Below are positions 20,510 to 30,150 of a stretch of 64,000 nt of DNA, one piece after another (positions within the stretch are counted from its first letter, which is position 1; the number at the start of each line of letters is the position of its first letter). Below the pieces are notes generated by a model, which was not told the DNA's origin, searched no databases, and was given only the letters and a program-made list of their open reading frames with translations. Source of the stretch: Balanoglossus misakiensis (taxonomy: Eukaryota > Animalia > Hemichordata); contig JBECUI020000036.1 in NCBI GenBank assembly GCA_040954595.2, forward strand, positions 106,860 to 170,859. The letters are read 5' to 3'. The translations under genes were made by a program, and so were the position numbers.

Positions 20510-21247
20510 ATGTTGGGAACATATATAAATATGGGCACGGTTATTGTAGGAAGCATTCTAGGTCTGTTTTTCCACCGTATCGTACGAAAAGACACTCAAG
20601 AGATTATTTACATAAGCATTGGTGCAGTTACCATTGTTCTTGGTTTCTCCCTGGCATTAGCAAGTCAACACCTTGTATACATGGCACTTGCATTAGTGAT
20701 TGGTGGATTTATTGGGCACCTGCTGCGTTTAGAAGAGCGCATCTTAAACCTAGGAAAAACATTCTGGAAGATGAGTATTCGACTCATCCCCGCCATAAAA
20801 GAAAACGAAAAAAATGCCCAGTTTGCCCAAGCATTTCTAGACTCATCGGTATTATTCTGTTCGGGTTCATTAGCAATTCTTGGTCCCATCCGGGCGGCAA
20901 TCCAACAAGACTACGAATTACTCATTATTAAGTCCGCACTGGACGGAACGGTTGCTATTATCTTTGCAGCCGCTATGGGAGCAGGGGTTATTTTTTCTGC
21001 CTTATCAATACTCTGTTATCAGGGGGCAATAACAATTATTGCATCCCGACTTGGTACTGTTATTAACGATACCATGCTTACCGAGCTTGGTGCCATCGGC
21101 GGCATACTCATTATATTTATCGGACTACAGCTATTAGAAATCCGCAAAATAAGCATTAGCAACTTTCTCCCCGCCGTTATTGTTATGCCGGCTCTCATAC
21201 TCATACATCCATTAATATCAGAGATATTTCAATTACTCACTTCCTAG
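20510..21247 (+). CDS. DUF554 family membrane protein
   Basis: MLGTYIN..GSILG, SVLFCSGSLAILG, KSALDG, SNFLPA. Confidence 0.88.
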   Translation: MLGTYINMGTVIVGSILGLFFHRIVRKDTQEIIYISIGAVTIVLGFSLALASQHLVYMALALVIGGFIGHLLRLEERILNLGKTFWKMSIRLIPAIKENEKNAQFAQAFLDSSVLFCSGSLAILGPIRAAIQQDYELLIIKSALDGTVAIIFAAAMGAGVIFSALSILCYQGAITIIASRLGTVINDTMLTELGAIGGILIIFIGLQLLEIRKISISNFLPAVIVMPALILIHPLISEIFQLLTS

Positions 21248-21255
21248 TTCTGATC

Positions 21256-22608
21256 CTAGTTTGTACTGTAATCGACAATTGATTCTTCATGTTCTTCAAC
21301 AATGATGATGCAGGTACAGGGCTTATATACAACATCAAGAGCATTGATGGTCTTAATGGCATCGATAATGTGTTTTTCCGAGGTCGCATGCGTTGTAATA
21401 GTAATATTCGCCTGCAATTCCGCCTGGTTTTCTGGTACCTCGTTCTGCAATATACTGGCGATACTAATCTGATTATGCAACAAAACATTGCTTAGTTCCG
21501 CAAGCACCCCGGGTCGATCCAGGACAGGAATTCTGAGGTAGTATCGATTCGGAACGTTATTGATTTCTACTTGGTCTATCCGAGAATTAATATCCTGCCA
21601 GTATCCGGCTGTCTGAAAGGTGCGCTGTATATGCCCCAGTGCGACTGCAATAATATCCGATATAACCGCACTGGCAGTCGGTATGCCCCCAGCTCCTCTC
21701 CCGTAATACAGTGAGTGTCCGCTCACACTGCCGTAAACACTAATTGCATTAAAAGCACCGGAAACCCATGCCAAGGGATGGCTTTGATGAATAAACGCTG
21801 GGCGAACCCAGATACATATGCCCTGTGATGTATGTAAAGCTGCTGCAAGTAATTTGACTTCGTATCCAAGTGTTTTACTGTATTCAAAGTCCGCTTGATC
21901 AATGTTTTCGATTCCTTGTACATAAATTTTATCGAAATCAACCCGTAACCCCATAGCAAGTGAAGCCATGATAGCAATTTTATGTGCCGAATCTATTCCG
22001 GAGAGATCAAGTGCAGGGTCATCCTCCACCATGCCCGCATCCTGTGCTAGTTTCAGTGCTTGCTCGTAGGCCAAGTTATTTGATGACATACTACTAAGGA
22101 TATAATTACACGTGCCGTTCACAATTCCGAAGATTGCATCAATAGTATTTGCCAATAATCCCTCAGTCAACGTTCGAATAATAGGAATGGTGCCGCCACA
22201 ACTGGCTTCAAATCCAATGACTTTATTCTGTTTGCGAGCAAGACTCCACAACTGCGTTCCATAATGCGCAAGCAAGGCCTTGTTTGCCGTAACAACGTTC
22301 TTTCCTTGCATTAATGCCTGCTCGATTATGGTATAGGCTATATCCGTACCACCAACAAGTTCAACAACACAATCGACATCCGGATCATGCAACACCATCT
22401 GCAAATCCGTAGTAAATAGCTCTTTCTGTGCAGAGACCTTCGGTAGCGACCGCACAACAATATGTTTCAGCACAATCCGTACGCCACATCGTTCTTGCAA
22501 GACTCGCCACTGTTCCAGTAAAATGGTTGCTGTAGCCGAACCCACCACACCATATCCCACAATAGCAATACAAATATGCCGTTCAGTACGGGGCATCGTT
22601 TCTTTCAT
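21256..22608 (-). CDS. hom: Homoserine dehydrogenase with ACT domain
   Basis: GYGVVG, VVTANKALLA, FEASCGGTIP, GIVNGTCNYIL, DRPGVLA. Confidence 0.95.
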   Translation of the reverse strand: MKETMPRTERHICIAIVGYGVVGSATATILLEQWRVLQERCGVRIVLKHIVVRSLPKVSAQKELFTTDLQMVLHDPDVDCVVELVGGTDIAYTIIEQALMQGKNVVTANKALLAHYGTQLWSLARKQNKVIGFEASCGGTIPIIRTLTEGLLANTIDAIFGIVNGTCNYILSSMSSNNLAYEQALKLAQDAGMVEDDPALDLSGIDSAHKIAIMASLAMGLRVDFDKIYVQGIENIDQADFEYSKTLGYEVKLLAAALHTSQGICIWVRPAFIHQSHPLAWVSGAFNAISVYGSVSGHSLYYGRGAGGIPTASAVISDIIAVALGHIQRTFQTAGYWQDINSRIDQVEINNVPNRYYLRIPVLDRPGVLAELSNVLLHNQISIASILQNEVPENQAELQANITITTHATSEKHIIDAIKTINALDVVYKPCTCIIIVEEHEESIVDYSTN

Positions 22609-22626
22609 ACATTTTCCTTATTATTC

Positions 22627-22677
22627 ATGGTATATCCCCCCTATGCGGTTGTCAATAATAAGCAAGAAATGTATTCT
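22627..22677. promoter_or_regulatory. Back-to-back promoters sharing TTGTCAA
   Basis: Plus strand TTGTCA(22649)-17-TATTCT; minus strand TTGACA(22655)-17-TACCAT. Confidence 0.5.
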
Positions 22678-22683
22678 TTTTCT

Positions 22684-23625
22684 ATGCGGTATATCCTGTT
22701 GTATATCCTATTTCTAATAGCACTACCACTGTTAGCTGCAGAAGAAGTGCTCGGGCACATATACGAGCTTGGTGGGAGGGCGCTGCTTATTCGTAATATG
22801 GAACCGTCCGCCGTTACAGTAAGGATGCCCATACATCCATATGACTACATCGAAACCGACAGTTTTCTCACAGTAGAGTTAACATCGGGAAATATAGTAC
22901 AAATTTCAGGGGGAAGTATTCTTTCATTTCAATATTCCGCCCTCACACCCGTCATTATCCTTCATAGTGGTTCAGTCTCCGTACGTACGACTGCAGAGAT
23001 AGCAGTGTGGGTATACACCCATAGCATTACCGCCAATAACGCAGATTTTCGTGTAGCAATTGGGAACAACAGTATGGCATTGATGGTCTTTGAAGGCATG
23101 GCTCTTCATCAACATAATGAGATCCAGCGCACAGTGAGTCCCCCTATGGGACTCCTGTTCCATATTGATGACTCCGTCGAAGAATTTGTACTCCACGATG
23201 CCGGATCAGGTACATGGGAGAATTCATTCCAAAACTGGAGCCATGAATCTTCCTACTCCTTGACACCGGAGCAACTAAGTTATGTACTGTACAAATACCG
23301 AGAACAACATCGACTATTCTTTCAGAAATTAAACAGTCTCGCCGCGACACAGACAGCTACGAATAAATTAATAGATAAACATCAGAGAGGACTCACCAAT
23401 ACAAGTATGCCGCAGGCAATGCTTGACAACGCAGAATCGTTATCTCTTGCTACGTACCAATTGGAATATCTCCTGGATTACATTGTGCAATGGTATCCAC
23501 CCCCTGTAACAAGAATCGCAGATCCCGAATTTGCACAGATTATCACTGATGCACAGCAGGAATACTCATTCCTCAAAGAACAGTTTCATCAATTACGTTA
23601 TATATTCAAACTTCTACAGCAGTAA
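22684..23625 (+). CDS. Exported FecR-like domain protein
   Basis: Signal peptide MRYILLYILFLIALPLLA; DYIETD, LHSGSV and ADFRV..VFEG resemble FecR-domain motifs. Confidence 0.65.
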   Translation: MRYILLYILFLIALPLLAAEEVLGHIYELGGRALLIRNMEPSAVTVRMPIHPYDYIETDSFLTVELTSGNIVQISGGSILSFQYSALTPVIILHSGSVSVRTTAEIAVWVYTHSITANNADFRVAIGNNSMALMVFEGMALHQHNEIQRTVSPPMGLLFHIDDSVEEFVLHDAGSGTWENSFQNWSHESSYSLTPEQLSYVLYKYREQHRLFFQKLNSLAATQTATNKLIDKHQRGLTNTSMPQAMLDNAESLSLATYQLEYLLDYIVQWYPPPVTRIADPEFAQIITDAQQEYSFLKEQFHQLRYIFKLLQQ

Positions 23626-23627
23626 TG

Positions 23628-24725
23628 CTAGGCGTTAATAACTGATTCTGTTTCCTGATCAAAAAGAATTGCACGCGATAAGGTCGGCTTGAAATAAACC
23701 TTATCCCCTACTTCTATTTTAATGGTCGGAGGAATACGTGTAATAATTTGATGTGAGCCGGTATTGATATAGAGATGAATTTCTGCTCCAAGGGGCTCAA
23801 CAATATCTACCGTAGCAGGAATATGGGCACCCTCTTTCATATCAGGCTGATGTATCAAGTCTTCCGGGCGTATGCCGAATGTTATGGACTTTCCGACATA
23901 GGGGGCTGCTGCCGACTTTAGCTTCCCTGTTAATTCTAGAGTAAAAGCCTCTTCTTTCCCTATAATCGACTTGCCCTGCTCAACAATGTCCATTGATAAA
24001 AAGTTCATAGGTGGCGAACCTATAAATCCGGCAACGAATTTGTTTGCTGGTTCGTTGTACAAGGTCAACGGACTGCCAATTTGTTGAATAATGCCGTCTT
24101 TCATAACAACGATCTTGGTACCCATCGTCATGGCTTCGACCTGATCGTGAGTAACATAAATCATAGTGGCATTCAATCGATGATGCAATGCTGATATTTC
24201 AGCCCGCATTTGTACACGTAACTTTGCATCAAGGTTGGACAGAGGTTCATCGAACAAAAAGACCTTCGGATGACGTACAATTGCCCGTCCAACTGCTACC
24301 CGTTGGCGCTGTCCACCAGAGAGTGCTTTCGGTTTTCGCTCCAATAAGGAACCAATATCGAGAATACGCGCCGCCTCGTCTACACGTTCTTTAATTATTT
24401 CTTTGCTGAATTTGCGAATTTTTAACCCAAATGCCATATTATCGTACACTGACATGTGGGGATAGAGGGCATAATTCTGGAATACCATCGCTATATCACG
24501 ATCTTTTGGGGGAATGTCATTAACCTTTTTTCCGTCAATAAGTAAATCTCCCTCAGAAATTTCTTCCAAGCCAGCAATCATACGAAGAGTAGTTGTTTTT
24601 CCACAACCAGATGGACCAACAAGTACTGCAAACTCTCGATCTTCGATCACAATGTTTGCACTTTTTACAGCGTGAACATTGCCACTGTACACCTTATTAA
24701 TATTTTTTAATTCTACCTTTGCCAT
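23628..24725 (-). CDS. Sugar ABC transporter ATP-binding protein (MsmX/MalK family)
   Basis: GPSGCGKTT, VFQNYALYPHM, LSGGQRQR, DEPLSNLDAKLR; C-terminal TOBE-like region. Confidence 0.95.
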   Translation of the reverse strand: MAKVELKNINKVYSGNVHAVKSANIVIEDREFAVLVGPSGCGKTTTLRMIAGLEEISEGDLLIDGKKVNDIPPKDRDIAMVFQNYALYPHMSVYDNMAFGLKIRKFSKEIIKERVDEAARILDIGSLLERKPKALSGGQRQRVAVGRAIVRHPKVFLFDEPLSNLDAKLRVQMRAEISALHHRLNATMIYVTHDQVEAMTMGTKIVVMKDGIIQQIGSPLTLYNEPANKFVAGFIGSPPMNFLSMDIVEQGKSIIGKEEAFTLELTGKLKSAAAPYVGKSITFGIRPEDLIHQPDMKEGAHIPATVDIVEPLGAEIHLYINTGSHQIITRIPPTIKIEVGDKVYFKPTLSRAILFDQETESVINA

Positions 24726-24794
24726 ATATACCTCCAGATTATTCAATTAAAATTACATTGTTAGCATTGTAATTACATAACTTACCGTAGTTGA

Positions 24795-24823
24795 ATAGTA
24801 TTCTATTTCATGTATTAAGTCAA
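24795..24823 (-). promoter_or_regulatory. Putative sigma70 promoter of the sugar ABC ATPase gene
   Basis: TTGACT-17-TACTAT on the minus strand. Confidence 0.5.
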
Positions 24824-24902
24824 CCCTTTCTCCATTCTAAAGTCAGAAAAATTCACACAGAGGAGCTATGCTCCGGATTCTTCCTATTCGATTGCTGATC
24901 GT

Positions 24903-26099
24903 TTATTCTCCAGTATAGAGATACCATTTCTCGACATCTTCTTGCAGTGGTCTATACCTTTCAGATTCCACCGATTCTTTGAGCCATGGGAAAAGAATTT
25001 CATCCTTAAATTTTTGCCAGTTCTCTAGTGAAACATTACTGAGGGCTAATAAATTTTCAGAGGGCATCCTCCCTTGTAACTCATGGTAATAGAGTGGTAT
25101 AACATCCTCATTGATCTCCGGTAAGGATGAAAGCATTCCGGCAATGCCAAAGACCGGAAGATGGAAGGTGCTTTTTTCCTGCAGGATTTTTTTCTGGGTC
25201 TGTACTGAAAAAAACCATCGGAGGAATTGCTCTGCCTGACGTTTATGCACAGATTTTCGCGTAATTCCCGCATAGATAATGCTATCTAATACATAGATCT
25301 TCTCTCCGGATGAAAGAAATGCAAAATTTCTATTCCATCGATAGTTCTGCGGAAGAAGAAAAAAACTACTGACTGTATTGTATAACAGTGCTATTCGATC
25401 CTGCTCCAATGCCTTATCAAGCCGGATCGTTAAATATCGGCGAGTAAAGTCTTCTTTCTTTGCATCCATTTTATCCCAATTTCTCAGATATAGGAGTGCC
25501 GATTTAAGATTAATATCATCCCACTGAAGATGGTTATTTCCATCAACCCAAAAACCAACATCCGAAATTTTGAGATATTCGTAGAGAAACTCCTCATGCC
25601 AACTGGGAGAAAATCCATACCGTATAAGACTTCCATTGGAAGCGAAAAGCGTACTATCATTGCCGAGTGCTCGTAACTCACTTGCGGTAACCCATGTCGT
25701 TGGGGGTGTGTGAGGAATATGTTCCGGTATGAAATCTATGAGTGGAAGATCAAAGGCAACCGGTAATACATATAGTTGATTATCAATAACTCCTCCGGCG
25801 ATGAGTTCCGGATAAAAGTTTGCTACGAATTGTTTATCCGTTCCAAGTGCATACAGAGGCATGAACCGTTCCTTGTCGCCTGTAATATATGGTGCAATAA
25901 CAATGTCGGCGACCTTCTGTGAATCAATATCACGCTGAAGTGAGTCGAGAAAACGAACATGTACTGTTGTATGGTCATGCAGGCTGTTGTATAACTCAGC
26001 ATAATAGGCCGTTTCCGGAACAGAACTCCGTATTACCAGTGTTGTAACAGAACTACAGGCTGTCAATAATAGAGCAAAACAAAAAGCGAGATAGCGCAT
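24903..26099 (-). CDS. Lipoprotein, divergent ABC solute-binding family
   Basis: Lipobox LLTAC; YVLPVAFDLP and AEQFLRWFFSVQTQ resemble sugar solute-binding proteins. Confidence 0.7.
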   Translation of the reverse strand: MRYLAFCFALLLTACSSVTTLVIRSSVPETAYYAELYNSLHDHTTVHVRFLDSLQRDIDSQKVADIVIAPYITGDKERFMPLYALGTDKQFVANFYPELIAGGVIDNQLYVLPVAFDLPLIDFIPEHIPHTPPTTWVTASELRALGNDSTLFASNGSLIRYGFSPSWHEEFLYEYLKISDVGFWVDGNNHLQWDDINLKSALLYLRNWDKMDAKKEDFTRRYLTIRLDKALEQDRIALLYNTVSSFFLLPQNYRWNRNFAFLSSGEKIYVLDSIIYAGITRKSVHKRQAEQFLRWFFSVQTQKKILQEKSTFHLPVFGIAGMLSSLPEINEDVIPLYYHELQGRMPSENLLALSNVSLENWQKFKDEILFPWLKESVESERYRPLQEDVEKWYLYTGE

Positions 26100-26100
26100 A

Positions 26101-27393
26101 CTAGGGGCTCATGTCTGCGACAAGGAATACTTCTTGAAATAGATCTTCCAATGCATCAATATCAACACTGGCATAGGCAATGCGAATGAGACTGTTTTGT
26201 ATGGCTATAATACCAATGCCGCGTTCTAGTAATGCCATGCGAATCGCCTCCGCATTGTTCTCCAAGCAACGAAAGGTCATGAAGTATCCGGAATTAAAAG
26301 GAAGTGCAAGAAGTTTCTTGCTTATTTGATGCCGGGTTACAATGTCTTTGACAAGTAGGTATCGCTCCTGCATCATATGAAACTTCTGCTTCTTTTCCAC
26401 CTCATATTGCTTGTTCTTTAGCAGTGAAATAATGAGATTCTGTGAAAGATTGCTGACATTGGACACCGTTGCCCGGACAAGCCCCATGAACTTCGTCCGC
26501 AGTGCAGTGTATTGCTGGGGCGTGAATCCTGCTGCCCCCAGAGTAATAAAGCCGACCCGAAGTCCCCATGCATAATCTTCCTTCGTTGCTCCATCAACCT
26601 TCACTGCAAGAATATTTGGATGGGCATCGTATAGCAGACTAAACAATGAATGCGGGAAAATATCGGATTCATAGAAAAACCCGAAGTAAGCATCATCAGA
26701 TATTACCAAGAATTTATTCCCCTTCTCTGCTGACGCGACAAGGAGAGATACGATCCGATCTGCTTCCTCCCGACTGGGGGTGTAGCCTGCGGGATTATTG
26801 GGAAAGTTGAGTAAGACAATGCTCTTGCCCGTCTTCTTGCATCCCTGTTCAAGTGCTGCTGCAAAGCCGCTGTCATTAAATCCATTTGCTTCATTAAAAA
26901 ATGAAAAGGTCTGTATGTCGGCATTGCGACGCTGTTCAAATATTAACCGATAATTGCCCCAGAATAGATCAGGTATAATAATACTACTCCCCTGCTCGGC
27001 AAACATCTCCGCACAAAGAGCGATCCCGTGGGTAAGACCACTACAAACAACCGGCAATGAGACTTTATCACGAATTACCAGTGGATTGTTCTGAATAATC
27101 CTGTGCAACCAGAGTTCTGTCAACTCTGCTATTCCTGCAGTCGGTGCATAGCCAACTACCTGTGATGAATTGAGGCTAGGGAGCAGATCTTGCATCTGCT
27201 GAGACATAATCGGTTTGTTCTGAAGACATGCCATACCGGCAGTTGCATTAAACCGATGTGCATGTTTTTTTGCCTCTGCACTTTGTGCTACAATGCCCTT
27301 TGGGAAAAATATATTCCTGCCAATGTCGGATAATAACGTATCCACCACGGTTCCTTGTAATACAGTATTTAACTCCTGTGCTAGCTTATTCAT
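26101..27393 (-). CDS. Class I/II PLP aminotransferase
   Basis: LNFPNNPAGYTP, DDAYFG, DGATKEDYAWGLRVGF; ATGA overlap with the ogt stop. Confidence 0.92.
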   Translation of the reverse strand: MNKLAQELNTVLQGTVVDTLLSDIGRNIFFPKGIVAQSAEAKKHAHRFNATAGMACLQNKPIMSQQMQDLLPSLNSSQVVGYAPTAGIAELTELWLHRIIQNNPLVIRDKVSLPVVCSGLTHGIALCAEMFAEQGSSIIIPDLFWGNYRLIFEQRRNADIQTFSFFNEANGFNDSGFAAALEQGCKKTGKSIVLLNFPNNPAGYTPSREEADRIVSLLVASAEKGNKFLVISDDAYFGFFYESDIFPHSLFSLLYDAHPNILAVKVDGATKEDYAWGLRVGFITLGAAGFTPQQYTALRTKFMGLVRATVSNVSNLSQNLIISLLKNKQYEVEKKQKFHMMQERYLLVKDIVTRHQISKKLLALPFNSGYFMTFRCLENNAEAIRMALLERGIGIIAIQNSLIRIAYASVDIDALEDLFQEVFLVADMSP

Positions 27394-27911
27394 AGTAAAA
27401 ACTCCTGTTCTTCTAAACTTAGTAATGCGTGCTTTACTGCTTTCCCAGTCTCCAGACCGAGAGAACGATAGGCATATTTCCCAATTCCTCCCCGTCTCGG
27501 TACTACCCGATGACAAGGAATAATAATGGCTACCGGATTTTGCGCTATTGCATTGCCTACTACACGGGCACATCTCGCCATGTTTAGTTCTTGCGCAATA
27601 TCTTCATAGCTACACGTACTTCCATACTTTATCGCCATCAAGGCATTCCAAACCCGATGCTGAAACTTCGTACCTTCTAAACTGAGTGCAAGAGAAAACG
27701 TTTTACGTTGCCCCCGAAGAAACTCATCAATTTCACGTTGGACCATGATACACAAATCGTTGCCTTTCTGATATTCCCTCCCTGCAACCGGTACAAATGT
27801 TAACTCCCGAAGTCGCAAATCAGAATCAAAATTAAGGTAAAGTGGCACTTGTCCAACCGTCGGTATGTTCCCCCAAATACAAAATCCTTGTTTATCACCT
27901 GTTCCTATCAA
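27390..27911 (-). CDS. ogt: Methylated-DNA--protein-cysteine methyltransferase
   Basis: GTKFQHRVW, ARVVGNA, active site IPCHRV. Confidence 0.92.
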   Translation of the reverse strand: MIGTGDKQGFCIWGNIPTVGQVPLYLNFDSDLRLRELTFVPVAGREYQKGNDLCIMVQREIDEFLRGQRKTFSLALSLEGTKFQHRVWNALMAIKYGSTCSYEDIAQELNMARCARVVGNAIAQNPVAIIIPCHRVVPRRGGIGKYAYRSLGLETGKAVKHALLSLEEQEFLL

Positions 27912-27954
27912 AACCCTGTTCCTATCAAAACCCTGTTCCTATCAAAACCCTGTT
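27898..27954. repeat. 17-bp tandem repeat (CCTGTTCCTATCAAAAC x3 plus 6 bp)
   Basis: Three exact copies read directly; they overlap the ogt start. Confidence 0.95.
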
Positions 27955-27993
27955 TATCCAACCAATGCCGTCTAAACAATTACTACATAATAA

Positions 27994-30012
27994 TTACTGA
28001 ACATATACTATATCGTTCTTTTCAACCGTTAAAGAGTTGGTCGAGAAATTACGGTCTAGCTGTACAGTAAGAACGTTGTTTGCCTTGCGTGATACAATCC
28101 CACGCCCTATCTCTACTTGTTCCACGTTATTCAGGCGGTATATAGCAAGTCCACTGCCAATACTGGCTGCAGCCGGATTTAATAACTGAACATTAACTTC
28201 GCTTCCAGCAAGTATCTGTACAACAAATCCAACTATGACCGCATCCGCGACCCGCTCAATAACGACGGGCTTCTCAGGTTGCGAAGTTTCCCCGCTTTCC
28301 TGTACAAGCTCAATGATTGCCGTTATGTTTTTTCTTAACTGATCATCATCTGCATACGATTGCTCTACTCTCCTCTGCAATGTGCTATCACCATTTAGAT
28401 ATCGCACTGCTAGATCAAGAGAAGTAAGATACTCGTTTCGTGCACGCGCCACAGCATCGCCCGTTTCTTGTTCAACAATTTGCTCGTGCAATGTTTCCAA
28501 AGCAAACCCTACTCCATCAAAGATGTTGGTTTGTTCCAGCGTATTAATGAAGGTATCGTATGCCACCTTCTTAGACTCCTTGTCACCCCGGTTTAAGGAA
28601 TTCTGTACCTGTATTTCACCATCTCTATATATTTGCTGTGCCTTCACCAGAAGGTTTTGGGATGGGACGGTCTGATTGACACGCTCCTGCAAGACTTGAC
28701 GGGCACGTGCCAAACTGTTTTTTGTTATTGCAGCGTCTGCTTTGAGTACATTGATAATGTTATCCCGTTCTTCCACCGTATTCCGCAGAAAAACGAGCTC
28801 ATTTTGGAGATTGCTTATTTTTGTTGCCTGTAGATCTTCCTGCAAGATACTGCCCTCTGAACTATGTAATCGGTCGGCGAGCACATCGCTGCTAACAAGA
28901 AGTTGTTCTGCTTCTTGTGCTTGCCGCTCAGCTACGGAAACGTAGTTACGTAATACATTGACAATTTGTTGATCAAGATTCACCTGGTTAACAAGGATCT
29001 CGTTTGTCGGCTCAATCTGACTCAGGACATCACTCAGAGAATCTAATCCAAGACTCGCATTCTGATATTCTCCGGTTTCCAGCAATGCAAATACATGTTC
29101 ATATCCGGCCTGTATCTGATCAAAAGATAATTCCGCACTTCTTTGGGCTTCCAAGAGCAATTCGTACTGCTGTTCATATATCGATGCGTTCTGTGATGCC
29201 TGTTGCAACTGGCTCGCAAGGTCTAATACACTAACGTTTTCTTCCATGAGGATACTTAACTCCGATTTACGCCTGTCAACATCCATCTCCAGTAACGTGA
29301 GTTCTTCCTGTTGTCGGAGCAGGCTATTGTCTAAAAAGGCAATCCTGTCCTGTAAGGCTTGTTGCTGTGTTTCCAACTCTGAGGTTAACGAAAGACGGTA
29401 GGCCTCTAATTCATTATCAACCTTCTTTAATTCCTGTTCACGAAATTCTGCTATCGTTTTCTCAATTTCATCTTGGCTCATGCTATTTGCTTCTAATCGT
29501 TCGTTTTCTTGATTAATGCTATCATCCAGGTTCGCTAATAACTCACCACGCCTAATGTCAATGTTCCGCTCAATGCCCTCAACAAGACTTTGTGCCGCAC
29601 GTTCGGCCTCTTCCACCTGTGCCTGTATGCTTTGGATTTCTCGTTCTTTTTCCTGAACTGTCTGTTCTGCACGATCAGATATTATTTGGATTAATTGTGA
29701 CTCAATAGATAAATAGGTGTTTGATGCGGTTACAATGTCAGATTGTATATTCCGATTTAACCAGCCCCATGTAAAAAGAATAACGATACCTGCAAGCAGT
29801 AATAATCCTGCAGCGACAATTAGAGGAGCCCTCATACCGCTTTTTGCACTCTTTGGCATGAGGTGATCAGAGATTGAGGTCAGCCGGGAACGCTTCATAA
29901 GGGTATCAATCTCCTTCATGACCTCCTGTTCTTCTTCCTTGCTGGTAACTAACATCGTATCATCAAAAGAAACATCATTTTTTGGATGACCTACTGTATT
30001 ATCTGCTGGCAT
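27994..30012 (-). CDS. Single-pass membrane coiled-coil protein
   Basis: GAAGGAG RBS, one TM helix, long E/Q/L heptad region, short beta-rich C-terminus. Confidence 0.75.
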   Translation of the reverse strand: MPADNTVGHPKNDVSFDDTMLVTSKEEEQEVMKEIDTLMKRSRLTSISDHLMPKSAKSGMRAPLIVAAGLLLLAGIVILFTWGWLNRNIQSDIVTASNTYLSIESQLIQIISDRAEQTVQEKEREIQSIQAQVEEAERAAQSLVEGIERNIDIRRGELLANLDDSINQENERLEANSMSQDEIEKTIAEFREQELKKVDNELEAYRLSLTSELETQQQALQDRIAFLDNSLLRQQEELTLLEMDVDRRKSELSILMEENVSVLDLASQLQQASQNASIYEQQYELLLEAQRSAELSFDQIQAGYEHVFALLETGEYQNASLGLDSLSDVLSQIEPTNEILVNQVNLDQQIVNVLRNYVSVAERQAQEAEQLLVSSDVLADRLHSSEGSILQEDLQATKISNLQNELVFLRNTVEERDNIINVLKADAAITKNSLARARQVLQERVNQTVPSQNLLVKAQQIYRDGEIQVQNSLNRGDKESKKVAYDTFINTLEQTNIFDGVGFALETLHEQIVEQETGDAVARARNEYLTSLDLAVRYLNGDSTLQRRVEQSYADDDQLRKNITAIIELVQESGETSQPEKPVVIERVADAVIVGFVVQILAGSEVNVQLLNPAAASIGSGLAIYRLNNVEQVEIGRGIVSRKANNVLTVQLDRNFSTNSLTVEKNDIVYVQ

Positions 30013-30150
30013 TTTTGTCGTTTCTCCTTCATATCATGTTATATACAAATTTTCAAAACTATGGTATCATAATTATATATTTATACGCTATGCATATATT
30101 ACTCTATATGCTGAACTTAATATAGCAGTAGTTATTGTTATTGGTGTATA

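Noticed and set aside
27898-27954. Mini-CRISPR or iterons
   Set aside because: Head-to-tail copies with no spacers, and no rep or cas gene nearby.
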